64,000 bases of DNA from Lama glama (Eukaryota): positions 42,224,001 through 42,288,000 of the forward strand of contig CM052817.1 of the NCBI GenBank assembly GCA_028534125.1, written 5' to 3'. Each line of letters opens with the position of its first letter. Position 1 is the stretch's first letter. A program made the translations under genes and the position numbers. Below the pieces are notes generated by a model. It saw only the letters and a list, made by a program, of their open reading frames with translations. It ran no database searches and had not been told where the DNA came from. Positions 1 to 13,201 of this stretch are shown piece by piece.

Positions 1-271
1 TGCTTAGCACAATTTCTGGAATGTAATAAGCACCCAATAAATGGTAGTTATTATTATTGTTGTTAGAATTTGAATTTTTGGCTATGGATATTTGTTCTAA
101 ATTTAGAAAGTTTAACTTTTGTCATCCATATTAATATTTGAGGATTTAAAAGTAAGGATTGGGTAATAATATATTTTTTTTCATTTGTAAATATTCCTTA
201 ATACAAATATTACTTTTTGAGTGAACAATTAGTATACTCTTTTCATAGCTAGCATCAAGTTCTTTGCCAAT

Positions 272-272
<1 letters not shown>

Positions 273-323
<51 letters not shown>

Positions 324-335
324 ATATATATATAT
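273..335. repeat. (TATC)12 microsatellite followed by short (TA)n
   Basis: Read directly: 273-320 is perfect TATC. Confidence 0.97.
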
Positions 336-3300
336 CTCTCTCAAATGATGCAATTTTGCATCTAGTGTGTCCATGACTTAGAGTGCCCTGGTTTTGTTAA
401 TAGCATTTGGCTTATCTTTAAATTTGTTCTATGGTGCTGTTAGCTCTCTCTGATGTCAACTAAGGCCGACCTTTATTGGAAACTATTTTCTGTTTCTATT
501 GAGACTTAATGAAGACAGACGGCAACATGTATTTGAAGAAACATCTTTACAAGATCCTCTGTTGTACAAATGATGGCTAAGTGCAGAGTATGAAAGATAA
601 TGCATCAATTATAGATGGGACATCTGATCCAATTTTCAATCAATCAGTAACAGTATTTAATTTGATAAAAATTAACTAGTGTTTAAAATAGTCGTCCCCT
701 CTATCTTTTGTCATTTAGTGATGACAATTTTAATGTAATAGATCCATTTTGATATCTTGAACATTTGAACTTGTGTAATTACTTGGTGAGAATGGATTAT
801 GAACTATTTTGTATTTATGGAAATGATTGTTTAAAAATTTAATGATGTAAACTATTTGTATACAAACATTAAATCACAACACCTTTTAGTTGTTCTTTTC
901 TTAATATAGCAACATGGTAAACTCTCGATGGAAAAATCAGATTTACAACAAATTTTATTTTCTAAACATGCATAAACTTTCTTCTCTCACTTCTCCCCCC
1001 ACCACATTCTCTTGCTCTTTGACTGTTTTTCATGTGGAAATGGTTTTGGTGAACTTAGTTTCAAATTATGGGTCTCAGGATTTCCAATATTTACAATTTA
1101 TTTGAGAGGTTAGATGCTTTTTCACATAAATTAACTTTATTCTGCTTTATCTTAGTCCTTTTATGATTAATAACTGCTTACTGGATAGACATTTTTAATA
1201 TTCTCATTAATTCATGCATTCATTCTGTATTTCGTAAGCATTTATTGCTTGTACTGCACGTACAAGACAACATGCTAGTCCTGAAAGGCTTGCACAGTAT
1301 GTCATCCCATTTCTGTACTCAAAGAGTTCATCTTCCAACAGAAGACGTGACTCATACACTCAATATAAGGTCCTATGAAATAAAAAAGATCAAAATAAAG
1401 TTTAGAGAAAGATAAGTGTGTTCTATGTGGATTATGTCAATTGGTAATGCCAGTTTTATGACTCATGGTCTAAACTGCTTGTCTTTCAATGAATGTGTTA
1501 CCTGAATCACTTTTTCTTATCTTATTTTGTTAAAATAATTAAGTACAAATATTCAAGTAATCTAAGTAGATTCTTACATATAATGTATACTTACAAGAAT
1601 ACTGCAATATACATTACTACAAGATATAATTAACATTTAGTTATTCTTAATCTCTGCTTAATGTAATTTAATTTCTTTAATCTTAGACTTGAATAGAACA
1701 TAAATTTCTAAATTATACTGGATATTTTCTTTAAATCAAAATATGTTACAGGGGATAAACAGCGACTGACTTTAGAGCAGTGGACCATCAATGGTCCTTG
1801 TAGGTGTTCATTCTCCAGTTTTAAGGAGCATTCCATAAGAATTAATCATTTGATTTTTACTATTGGAACTTTTCTATTTTAGAAATGTTTGGATGGAATA
1901 TACCAAATTAGAAGAGGAAGTCAACCCACACACGTTTGTTTTAATGTTTTGAGATCTGATTTAAATATGATCAGTATTTGAAGAAGAGAGAAAACCAACA
2001 TAATTTCAGAAATTCACACACATCATTCTGGGCTGTATAGTCTTTGACATGGCCTTTGGAAAAGATCTCTTTATATTGATTTACTTTATCCTAAGGAAGT
2101 TTTAGAAAATGGTGTATATTTATAATAGACACAGTCTTTAAACCTCTCTCATAATTTTTTTTTACTTTTTTTATATTTCTTTTTAATCCTTTTTACTTAA
2201 AACAAACAAACAAACAGACATCTCTATCTCCCACAACAAGATGAGAAGTCTACATATGTGTTTGCTCTTAAAACTCTCCTACCTTTCTCTACCTTGACCT
2301 CATCATTTCAGTGTTATCTAGAAACTTAATTAGGGATTAGTACATGTATATATTTTTTCTTTTTCTTTTCTTCAAATTTAACTGTTTTTAAATAACAACA
2401 ACAAAAAACCTCCAACAAGATACTTATTCATCTATCTACCATACTATAAATTTATCTTATAGTTAAAATTCATAATATTTACTTACTCTGAAGGCAATCA
2501 GTGGCCTGATGAGTGGCCTAATGTTGGTCTCCAGTATGTTAAAATCTGTGCATAGTGGTTGTTTCATTGCAAACTTAAAATTCCTTCTCAATTTTGTGAA
2601 TTTGAATCAAGCATTTGTGTACCATTTGAAGTCCTCGGTAGAATACATTTTTTTCTTCACTAAGATATTTAAGTACTTTCACTTCATATATCTCATATAA
2701 CGTCTCTCGGGTTTTCCCTCTCATAATTTTCTGGGTTGAAACATTTTTCTGTACTGCTGATAGAGGTGTGTCTAAAATAACTAATAAAAAGTTTGTAAAC
2801 TGTGAGATACTATCAGTCTCCTTAATGGGATTTATTTCTAAATAAATTCTTTCAGAATTGCTGGCAGATAAAATAGATTTGAGGGCTTTCTGTTTTCCTT
2901 TGACCTTCTGTTTTCGTGGCTTAGTTCTCACTTATCTCAAATCGGCCAAAGCTGAAGCAATTATGCCCCAATTTGTTAGCTGGAACCTTTTTAGCTTCTT
3001 ATTCCTTTGGCAGAACTTTTATATTCTGTTCCCTTCAGAGACTTGTTATCTGAAGTATGTCAAAATATTTAAAGATGTTAGTGATTTGAGATACTTTCCT
3101 TCCAAGAGGGCACATTAACCTTTGACGATGGCCCTCGATTGTTACCTAAATTCTTAATTGAACAAAACTCTTTCTTCAAAGGAGTGTCAATTATAGGAGA
3201 TACAATAGCAGACCAAGAGGTGTTTGGCACTGAAAGGTCTTTAAGTGACTATGAAATGTCTTTGGTCATTTCTGAGTTTAAACAGACCTCACTTGGAGTT

Positions 3301-4420
3301 TCTCAGATGTAAAATGTTACTCTGTTTGTTTCCTAATCACTGAAGCCTCTATCACTATGTGAAAAGTCCATTCACTGGGAAGTCATCTTAAAAAGTACAA
3401 ATGATCCCCTCTTTCAGAGATGCATATTCAGCAACAAAAATTCCGTGATTCGATCCAGCTGATTTTAAGAGTCGGACAATTTACATATCCACTGTTATCA
3501 AAGAAAGCACGGAAGGCATTTCTGTTTCCTGCCACAATTCTTCCTTCCTGTTTTAGTTATGAGCAAAAGATGCTAGAAATGACTGTACATCATCTGTCTT
3601 CCACTTCTGTCAAGAAAGGAATGTCGTTCAGAGATCATCTGGAACTTGTCTGACTTTGCTAATGTAGCGCAGAGCAGTTCTAAAAATAAAGACAGGATTG
3701 TTGAGTCCATTAGGAGCAGCTCATTTCGTCATTGTTGTTTTTCGCCTGTAGCCTTGTGCCTTGTATGGTGGTTTCTGTTTCTCAGAACAAGTCTAAGAAG
3801 AACCATTCTGTTCCTGTGCTCTGGGAATGCTGGAGTACAGAGTCTGTGTTTTTGAGAATAATGTTTGGCTCCCACAAGGAGCCTGTGTTCTGCAAGTGTA
3901 ACGTTTGATGCATATAAGGAGGAATAGCATCCATGGGAATTGAGGCAGAGAAATTGAATAGAAATGCCAGAGTCAAATAAAAAAGTGTTTATTGATATTA
4001 CATTGAATCTTTTAGTAGAAAACATTAAATTAGCATAATTAAACCGGAGGTCTGAATTGCTGTCTCGTTTTTGCCTGATGGGGAAAGTCAGCATGGATTT
4101 TATGGCTATCAGGAAATTTTAGTTATCTTTTCATATCCAAGGCTACCAGACTTTGAGGCAGCAACCCACTTTATCTGGGCTTATCTGTAGTTACTCTAAA
4201 CAAATAAGGATTCCTACAGAATACAATCTTACAATATATACTGAGAGACAACACAGAAATGTCGTAAGACCTCGGTAGTTGTATATATGATAGTTAATAA
4301 ATGTTCTCTGTTGTCTGTTGAAGTTAAGGGGAGGACCACACGATTATTAGTGATCTTATGATTCATTTTACCTGTTAAGAGTTGGTTCTATATCTTGGTC
4401 TTCCTTTTTTTCCTTTTTAG

Positions 4421-4481
4421 ATATTAGCTCAATCATGCACTGAAGTCCTGGAATTGCGGCCCTCGAGTGTCTGTGTGGGGG
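4421..4481 (+). CDS. ANTXR2: ANTXR2 coding exon (human exon 8 equivalent), [20 protein letters not shown], start of Ig-like stalk
   Basis: Polypyrimidine tract and AG at 4419-4420, GTAAGT donor at 4482, 61 bp, phase 0 to 1. Translation matches recalled human CMG2 [20 protein letters not shown]. Confidence 0.97.
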
Positions 4482-5219
4482 GTAAGTGGTTAGAATTTAA
4501 AAATACCAAGTAAGAAATTGTACTTTTTTTTCCTAGTTAAAATATATGATTTGAAACTCATGTTGGAAAGAGAATGGCAAAATTAACTTTTTTGGCATCT
4601 TTTTCTGTAAGAATTTTTAAATAATTCCTTGAAATATTTCTATTTTAAATTCAAATTTTTAAGATTGGAGTGTTATTTTAAATAATGAACATATTGTGTG
4701 ACAGGCTTTTAAAATCTTCTGTATATTTAGTTCATGTTTGAGACCTTTCCTCTAACAAGTAAAATAAAATAGGAATTTTCCCTTTTATCTGATTATACCA
4801 ACAGTCATATATCTGTAGACTTTGGGCTCCAGGCCTTGGTGACCTGGCCAAAGTACAATATCTACCAGCTTAGGGCCCATAGAAAGTGATTTATGGGTGG
4901 ATGACAGGGAAGAACCAGGTGGCTTCACAGCTGGTGCTAAGAACAGACTCAGGTTTTAGCACTTTCAAGCCATCCAACCCAAAGAGAGTGTGATTCTCTC
5001 TGGCCTGTTCTAGTTCTTCTTCAAGTCTGACCTGCAGTTTACTTTAAGAAGGAAGGGTAGGAAATGTGCTGTGCAATTTACCACAGAGCTTCCCAACTGC
5101 TGGATGTGGGATGAAGTTCTGCATCTTTTAGACTCTAATGAAAGATTATTGAGTTATTTAAGAGGAATAATGGATCTGAATATTCCAGAGCAGGATGGGA
5201 TTCTTTGCGTTTATAAATT

Positions 5220-5360
5220 TTACCTAATCCTCATAACAGCGCTATTTGACAGTTCTATAATCCCTGGTTCACAGATGGGGAAACCAAGGCAGAGACAGGT
5301 TCAGTACTTGCTGTTAGTAGGTGTCCTATTAGACTCTTGTCTGTCTGACTCCAGAGGCTC
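5220..5360 (-). mobile_element. MIR SINE
   Basis: MIR core ttcacagatggggaaaccaaggcagagacaggttcagtacttgc. Confidence 0.7.
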
Positions 5361-6272
5361 ATGTTCCTTTTACTGAGTTACATTTTAACTTTAAATGCAT
5401 GACACTTTATTTTAACTTGTAAGAAAATTTCCTTTCATAACACACTGAATGGAGAGTGGCATGGCAGTATTTTCTTTCGCAGTTAATTACCGTAAATGTG
5501 CTAGATTATCTTGGGTAGGAAGTCTTTGAGAAGACTGAAAGTTAATCAGTGTTGAAATAGTTGAGATACCTTCTTGTAGCAAAGCAGCAAACATTTAGTT
5601 GCCATTCAAGACATTTGATCAGTTAACTTTTCTTCTAGCATGTTATCTCACCCTCTGACATTTAGTGACTGCTCCTCTTACGCAGAGTACAAGCTAAATC
5701 AGCTTTCTTCAGTGATGGCCATAGGTTATTTGTCCAAAATGCATGACGGTTGATGAGTTATAAGGTTGCATGCAACTGAAAATAAAACTGGGATTAGGGA
5801 CATGGAGAAGCTGTTAAAGAACTCTGTGTGGAGTGTCAGAGATTAAAGAAAACATAACACACGACTGTTCAAAGAACCAGAGAACCTGAGGCATTAATTT
5901 CTTTAAATTCGCATACCTCAGTACCTGACAGGAGACAAAAACACAGTTTTCTTTCCTGCGGATATTTTCCTAAGATAGCAAGTTCTTTCCTAAGAATTTG
6001 AGCAAGATTCTGTCGTGTCTGTCTGGAAATGACCGTGATGCTTCAATTCTAATATCTTGGTCACTATTGGAAAACACTTTGTTTAAAAATAAAATAATGG
6101 GTCTCCGTGTGACAGTGAGTGGTAGTGTCACCGCATTTCCCTAGAGGGTCGAAGAAAGTGAGAAGAGCTCATCTTCCTTGTTATTAGTTGGCTGAATAGA
6201 AATAAGAAATTCATTTTGTGCATCTTGATCCTTTTAAGTTATGTCTCTTTGTTATTTTTTGTAAAGCAGTGA

Positions 6273-6452
<180 letters not shown>

Positions 6453-8222
6453 TGACAAGAGTTTTCCTCTTTTCCCCAAATGGAACTGTGCTATATGTAT
6501 GTTTTTAATCAGTGAGGAGAGAAATGAAGTCCAGTTGTAATACCAAGTAGTAATAATAATTAGTTAATGGTTATTGATAGTGGAAACATTTGCTCATAAC
6601 TTAGTATTTGCTGGACCGTATCCTGAGTAGCCTTTTTTATACAAATGATGGGCTAGTGGCTGAAAGAGTCAAATAACTTGCCTGCGGGGGCACAACAAAT
6701 AATGAGCAGAGCTGAGAGATGAACCCAGTTTTCCTGACTGTCTTCTGTATGGACTACATGCACTGCTTGATTTAATTGCCTTTCTCCAGATTTATTTCTT
6801 GTCACTTTTGCCTGAAAATCTAACTATCTTGGACTACTTTATTATTTATTGCCTTATTTTATTGTCACTTGTTTTCTTCATCTAATTTTCCAATAATTTG
6901 TCAGCCAGTTTCTTGAAGACAAGCTTTTTGCCTTACAGATACATTATATCTTCAATGCCCACCCAGCACAGTGTTTATTGATAATTATCATATTTAGGAA
7001 ATTAGGTTTTATTTTTCCCTTGCTTGGCTTTCAAAAAAGCAGATGAGTATAATGTTTTCATCTTCATTCTGAGTAAAAACTCCTCCTCTTTAAATAGATC
7101 TTAGTATTCGGAGCATTCTGGATCTCTACTGAGACATTTTCTCCTCATTGACGATTACGTTGTCTTCTAAGGTTTTATACTCTACGGCAGATGCTATGAT
7201 TCTGTGAACTCTGGTGGAATTATTTTTTGAGAGGTTCATCTACAATTTTATTGTTTATCTAATGGTTCTAAGCCCTCCGGTTAGCGCAGCTTTGGCTGCA
7301 TACGCAGTAACTGCTCAATATGTGTTTGTTTAATTGAAGTGTGAGGATCTCAGCATGGTAAATGCCATGATTAATTCCTCTCTTTCCTATCCGATCGTCA
7401 TTTTAGTAAGGCAAGACAGTGATATTTGTAACAAACTCTCTTCCTAGTAGGTTCTACAACTGAAAAGGACAGAATAATTTTAGTGTTCTTATTCAGTAGT
7501 CATCTGTATCTAGGCGTTAGCTTTACCTAACTCCTTTGGATTACACATTTAAGTTGATTACACTATAAACATATTTTATACTTAGCTATATAAGGCTAAA
7601 TTTATTAAAGTAAATCCTCAAATGAATTAAATCATACTGTATTTTATTTTCATCATTCACCTTCTAGGATTATCCATTTGATTATGTAACTTTTCTGAAT
7701 ATTTATAGTCTAGATAATTTTTCTCATAAATTCTTAAAATTACAAGGGCAGTGTAAACATTCAGCTTTATAAAATGTATTTATGTATTATAGACATAATT
7801 ATTTTAGTAAACTCTTAAAATAAATTTATTATCTTTTGGACATTTGTCTTCTTTACTCCATCATTTTTAAATTGTGCTTTTAAAATATATATCACTTATC
7901 CTTAACAATCTAATATATTAGCATAATGAGGAGGAAAGTTGATAATTTTATAGTATCTACAAGCTGCATGTGAACTTACTCTATGTCAAAAAAACATAAT
8001 TTATAGTTTACCAATATTATATATCAATGAGGCATATAATCTCTATTTTTCATTCTCTGTTCCTTCTCATCTTTCTTTAGATGAGTATCTTTTTGGTTTT
8101 TCATGCTAATATAGCTAATGTTCCACACTTGAACTCTGATTGCTACATCTCTTCATATTATTAATGAAAATGTGTGAGATACATAAAACCCTTTATTAAT
8201 TCAATGGCATTTTATTTTCCAG

Positions 8223-8292
8223 GTGTAATGCCGGTAAGTGTGGAACGTAATTCTATGCTTTGCCCTGCACCTGCCCTGCATGAAGTTGGAGA
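8223..8292 (+). CDS. ANTXR2: ANTXR2 coding exon (exon 10), (S)[22 protein letters not shown](E)
   Basis: ttttccAG acceptor ending at 8222, GTAAGT donor at 8293, 70 bp, phase 1 to 2. NSMLCPAP matches CMG2. Confidence 0.96.
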
Positions 8293-8608
8293 GTAAGTAT
8301 TTCATTAAAAACATTTAAGAACTTTTTAGGTACAAATTAGGAAACGGTGACAAAATATACGTTAGTTGTTTTATTTTATCTTTTCTTGATCTGCAGATTA
8401 AATATGAAATAGTAAACACTAGGCCAATTACTGTGGTTATGATTTAACTATACATATTCTTAGTAGGTTGAAAATGGTAAAGCCTGTTTTATCTTGTTTC
8501 TTAAGTATTGATTAAAAGGCTCTATAAATATTTAAATGGATAGGATTGGGAACTATTGTTATGGCCTTTAAATGAGCCACAGCCATTATTTTGGACTGTA
8601 GAGTATTG

Positions 8609-8613
<5 letters not shown>

Positions 8614-8640
<27 letters not shown>
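8614..8640. repeat. (AC)13 microsatellite
   Basis: Read directly. Confidence 0.97.
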
Positions 8641-8642
<2 letters not shown>

Positions 8643-9599
8643 TCAAAGTGGGATTTTGATGAATTACCATAGTATTTAAGTATAAAGATTAAAAAGCTGA
8701 AGGCTTAATAAAGCATACCTTAGTCTAGGAAATATTTGTTCTTTAATTGATGTTCCAGTCCTGTTAATGTCTATATTTTCATGTTCTTTGGTGTGGTAAT
8801 AAACCATAATGATAGCTGGTTAAAATAAAGGATGTTTAGTTTGGAAGGGTTTTTATTTTAATCATCTATGCACAGATAATTTTACCAGCAACTTAATATT
8901 TCCATTTGCAGTTTTTTCCCCTGCCTTCTCTACTGTGAAGGAAATAATTGCAAATAGTTCAAATGCTCTCTAGTTCAACAGTAGTGGATGCAATACGTTT
9001 AGGATAATGAATAGAATACAGTTTTCAAGAATCACTTTATACTGATCTTGCACCTAGAGCAGAGAAAACTAAAAAATATAAGGCCCTAGTCCAAACTCTG
9101 ATTTAGTGTTCAGAGAGTGAAGACTGTGTTTTCCTTTGTGACCTAAGAGAATCATTTTAGTAGTTTGAAATTGACTTGAGCAGTTGACTTTTGTGGATGC
9201 TTAAATATTCAAGCTGTTGGACATCACTTCTCATCATCCAAGGAAACTGGAGCGGTGTCAGCTTTCTATTTTAAATCCATTAAAAGTCTGGATAATATGA
9301 CTTATAAAAGCAAGACTACCAGAATCTTTTTTATTTCTATAAGAAAGTATTTATTTTCTGTGTCATGTAGTAATCTTGTCTTATTGATAACATGCTTATG
9401 GCTCAATTAGACTGGCCTTGGAGTTCGAGGCAGGTCCATTTTGCATGGAGCCATCTTTACCCGAGGGGCACACTGGGGCTCAGTGGCTTTCTGAGTTATA
9501 ATGTCTCGTATGATAGCAGTATTAAATCTATTGACTTCAAGTTTGGTCTTATTTTATTGAATCTGTAATTCTGTACTGATGTTCCTGATTGCCCCCCTA

Positions 9600-10402
9600 C
9601 CAGTCTGCTTTCAGAGCTGCCTTCTGTGTCTTAGCCACTGGCAGCCCCGTCCTTCCTGTTGTTCAGGTAACCTTTGAGTTGTTACTGATCTCTTACACAC
9701 AGCCAGTCAGCAAATCTCAGCTCTGCTTTCAAAGTGTGTTCAGAATGCAGTCCTCCCCACCACCTGCACTGATGGCATCCTAGACCAAGCTGCTGCCTTC
9801 TCTTGCTTAGTGTATCCACCTCTCAACTGGGCTTTCTGCCTCTGTCCTTGGCAAAAGGGATCCTGTTCAAACAGATCAATTTATGTCGCCCCTGGAGGAT
9901 GAGCTCCTCATTACGTTCAGGGTGAACGCCTCATCACTGCAGTGTTCCTCGGGGTTCCTCAGGATTTGGCCCTCTCTGTGTCTCCAGCTTCATCTTCTTT
10001 TTGCCCCTTCTGTCGTGGTCACACTGGCCTCTTTGTTGTTCCTTAACCATGTGGGCTTCCGCCCACACCAGCACTTTTTACACATGCTGTTCTCTGCTTG
10101 AAATACACTTCCCCTCATGTCTCACTCTCTTTTCTCAACTTCTTCAGGTTTTGTTCAGATGTCAACTTCTCAGTAAGCCCTTCCCGGTCACCCTAATCAG
10201 ACAACCTCCCCCTGTCTTGAGTTTAACACTCTCCATTCCCTTTTTAAGGTTTACTTTTTCTTCAAAGCATTTATTTGTTTGTTACTGTGTCTCCTTCTTG
10301 TTAGGAATGAATTTTGTTTGTTCCTTGCTGTGTCTCTAGCACCTAACGCCATGCCTGACACACAGCAGATTCACTGAATGTTTGCTACGTGAAAGAATGA
10401 AT
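9600..10402 (+). mobile_element. LINE-2 3' portion (ancient)
   Basis: Pyrimidine-rich L2-like text ending tctctagcacctaacgccatgcctgacacacagcag...gaatgaat, the L2 3' terminus. Boundaries approximate. Confidence 0.8.
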
Positions 10403-12659
10403 ACATTTTTCTCAAACATCTTGATTTACTGTGTATAGAAGGAGCTAACAGTGCGTTTGATGTCTGGGTATATCAGGTAGGAGAAAAGTCCTCGGAATTC
10501 TGTTTGGAAGGTCCTACCATTGCAGAGAGCCCAAAACTATCTTGGCTTTTTCATAGTAATGACTAGTTCAGGGGGGACAGCTTTCTTTTTTCTCCGAAGT
10601 GGTTATAGAATGCCTGTCCTGTTCGGCACTGAATTTGTTTTCTCTAGAATTTGCCTTGGAGCACAGTCTCTTTTTGAAGAGACTACCATGGAGAATTCTG
10701 ATATTCTTTAGTGACTGGTAGATTGGCTAAATACTCCAGAGATGTGATTTTTAATAGTCATGTAAGATGTAATAAGTATCAGGCATGAAAAAATCATCAT
10801 TTGTTTGGCTTTTGATGTTAATATTTCACCTACAAGCAAACTGAGAATGTTTTGGAAGGAGAGCTGTCTAAAATAATTACTTTGACTTTCCTTTTTTTTT
10901 TTGTTAAGTACAAAAAAACCACTGAGGCAAAATTTACGAGATTTTATTTGTTACTGTACTGGCTATTCGATGATATCGTTATTTGTTCTCCTAAGTATGT
11001 TGCAAGTAGTTTGGACCTTTCCTCTGTTTGAATTTTCTTCAGATATTTTTGTGGATGATGAGCTGTCATATGAGATTGGATTAAAATCAACACAACTGAA
11101 ACCATTTAGCCTTGTAAGGTGACTGATGCTTAATATGTTTGTCTAATTAGCTTTTGGCTAAGGATTCAAACCCATTAAGTAGCTAGTTAGTCTATGTTTC
11201 AAATAAACACATCTGGCCCCACAATGAACGAAGGCTTTTCCTATGCGAGGGTGACAGATGTGGTGATGGTTCCCCTTATTCTCTCACTTAAATAATTCAC
11301 AACATGCTGGTGAAGTAACCCTAGACAGCCAGCCTCAAAGCCAGATGCATCGTCTCAGAGCTGGATCCATGGACACGTGCCTCATCTCATTAGCGTGCTC
11401 TTTCAGTTCCTTTCTCGTCTTTCTGTTACTTCCTGCATTACATTTTCTTCAAGCATTGTTCGTTTCAACACCCAGGGCTCATGAATTTTGGTTCAAAAGA
11501 GAGTTAACATGAAGAAGTTTACTTGGAGATGGGGCCTAAGAATGTAGCAAAGTAGCTGGAACATGGGTTTGCATTTGGAAATTGATGTCATAGAGTAAAC
11601 AAAAGCTAAAGCTCTCTGGGCAATCTTGTCCAGGTATCTAGCATTGCTGGAATGGGTCTTTGAAGTACCTTCTTTGAGAGCCATCTCTGTTAAATTTCTC
11701 TATTTGGTATAGAATTTCAGACTGAGATAAACAAATTCTTAAAATTCTGTTTAAATACAAACAGAAAGAAGGATGGTAGTACTGAGATTATTCTTTTCTA
11801 TTTTTTCCACTGGATATAATTTAATTTTAAAATGTCATATGGTTAAATCAATTGTCTTACCTAAAAAACATCTGTAGATTGTTTGGGAGTTAATTTCTGC
11901 CAGTGGTTCATTCACACCAAAACCTCCTAAGTGTGAGTAGGAAGGACTGTGTGAAGTTCTGTGAAGCTCGCCCATCTGAGGGCGCTCACCTCTTGGGCTG
12001 ATGTGCAGGCGTCATCAGTTCTTGCAAAATGGGCTTGTTCTCTGAGCCTTGTTTAGTGAGACTTCGACAATAGCACAGCTGCTCTGGAATAGTTGAGATC
12101 TCAAACCTGTAATTTGGCAAGAAGAACAGAGCAAATTGGGTAAATATACATAAACACATTGTAAAGAAAGAAAAACAGAACAGAATGAACCAGAGCCTTA
12201 TCCTACAGCTTGTCTGATAGAGATGATTTAAGGAGGCATATGGTATAGTTAAATGTGCTTTCAGAAACATTGGCCAGAATCTTCTGGCAAATATGAAATA
12301 AATATCTAAATCAGATGAAACTGATAGTATTAGTTCTCTTAAAAGGCAGCGTGGGAAGACAGTTGACAGAAGTGGTGGGACATCAGCGTATGTGGAACAT
12401 TTTAAGCATCTGATACTGAAGAATCATTGAGATGGATGTGTGGCAGACTTGGGGTTAGTGCCTGACTTGGTAATAGAGTCTTTGTGTTCTCCTTAACATT
12501 GTTACTTTTTCAATATAATTCATTTTGCCTGGAATAACACTGATTAATTCTATTTCCCTTTCTTGGTTGAACAAAACTGCCTTTTTAGCACAACTTCTCA
12601 CATGAACACTTAAAATATATATACCACTAATGTATGTTAGGTGAACATATTTTATCAGA

Positions 12660-12707
12660 TTTTTTTTTTGAGAATGAGGCATGACTTTTTTAGAAAAGTT
12701 AAACACA

Positions 12708-12752
<45 letters not shown>

Positions 12753-13201
12753 AACAGAGGTGATCAGTTGGTCTTCAGCAGATGACTTGGTGGATGAAGC
12801 TGCTTATGGCTACTCTGGTCTTCTCCCCCTTCCCTCCTTGGTCAGGGTCCAACTTGAAGCAGCACCATAGCTGCAGGGCTCCATCTGGGCTCGTGGTAGG
12901 ACTTAGGACTGATCTGAGCTCAGCCGCCTTGGCCACGGTTGGGTACTTCCAAATAACCAGCTGGTTCTGGGCAAAGCCATGGCCTGAGACGAGCTTCTTG
13001 TAGTGGGGAGACCAGAAGATGGAGTGCACTCAGGAACATCCACAGCACTCACCCTAGATGCACATGTGTAAATCACTGGGTCTCCTTCCAGCTGCCAGGA
13101 CATCGGGCTGCCGCGGAGGCCCAGCTACAGCTTGCACAGCCCATTGATGCTGGGTGAATGCCTGCGGGCAAATCCAGCCATCCACTCTAGGCCACACGCT
13201 G
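12660..13201 (-). pseudogene. CDC20: 5'-truncated processed pseudogene of CDC20 (C-terminal WD40 repeats, 3'UTR and poly-A)
   Basis: The minus strand encodes [26 protein letters not shown] and ends IHQVIC* (recalled CDC20: [26 protein letters not shown]...IHQGIR*). An upstream AFTQHQWAVQAVA fragment is present. It is intronless, with frameshifts and deletions, and a poly-A remnant shows as the T run at 12660-12669. Confidence 0.93.
12709..12746. repeat. (CA)19 microsatellite inside the CDC20 retrocopy 3'UTR
   Basis: Read directly. Confidence 0.97.

Noticed and set aside
2575..4094. Minus-strand ORFs of 118 and 121 aa
   Set aside because: No recognisable domain, intronic AT-rich context, and lengths compatible with chance in 64 kb over six frames.
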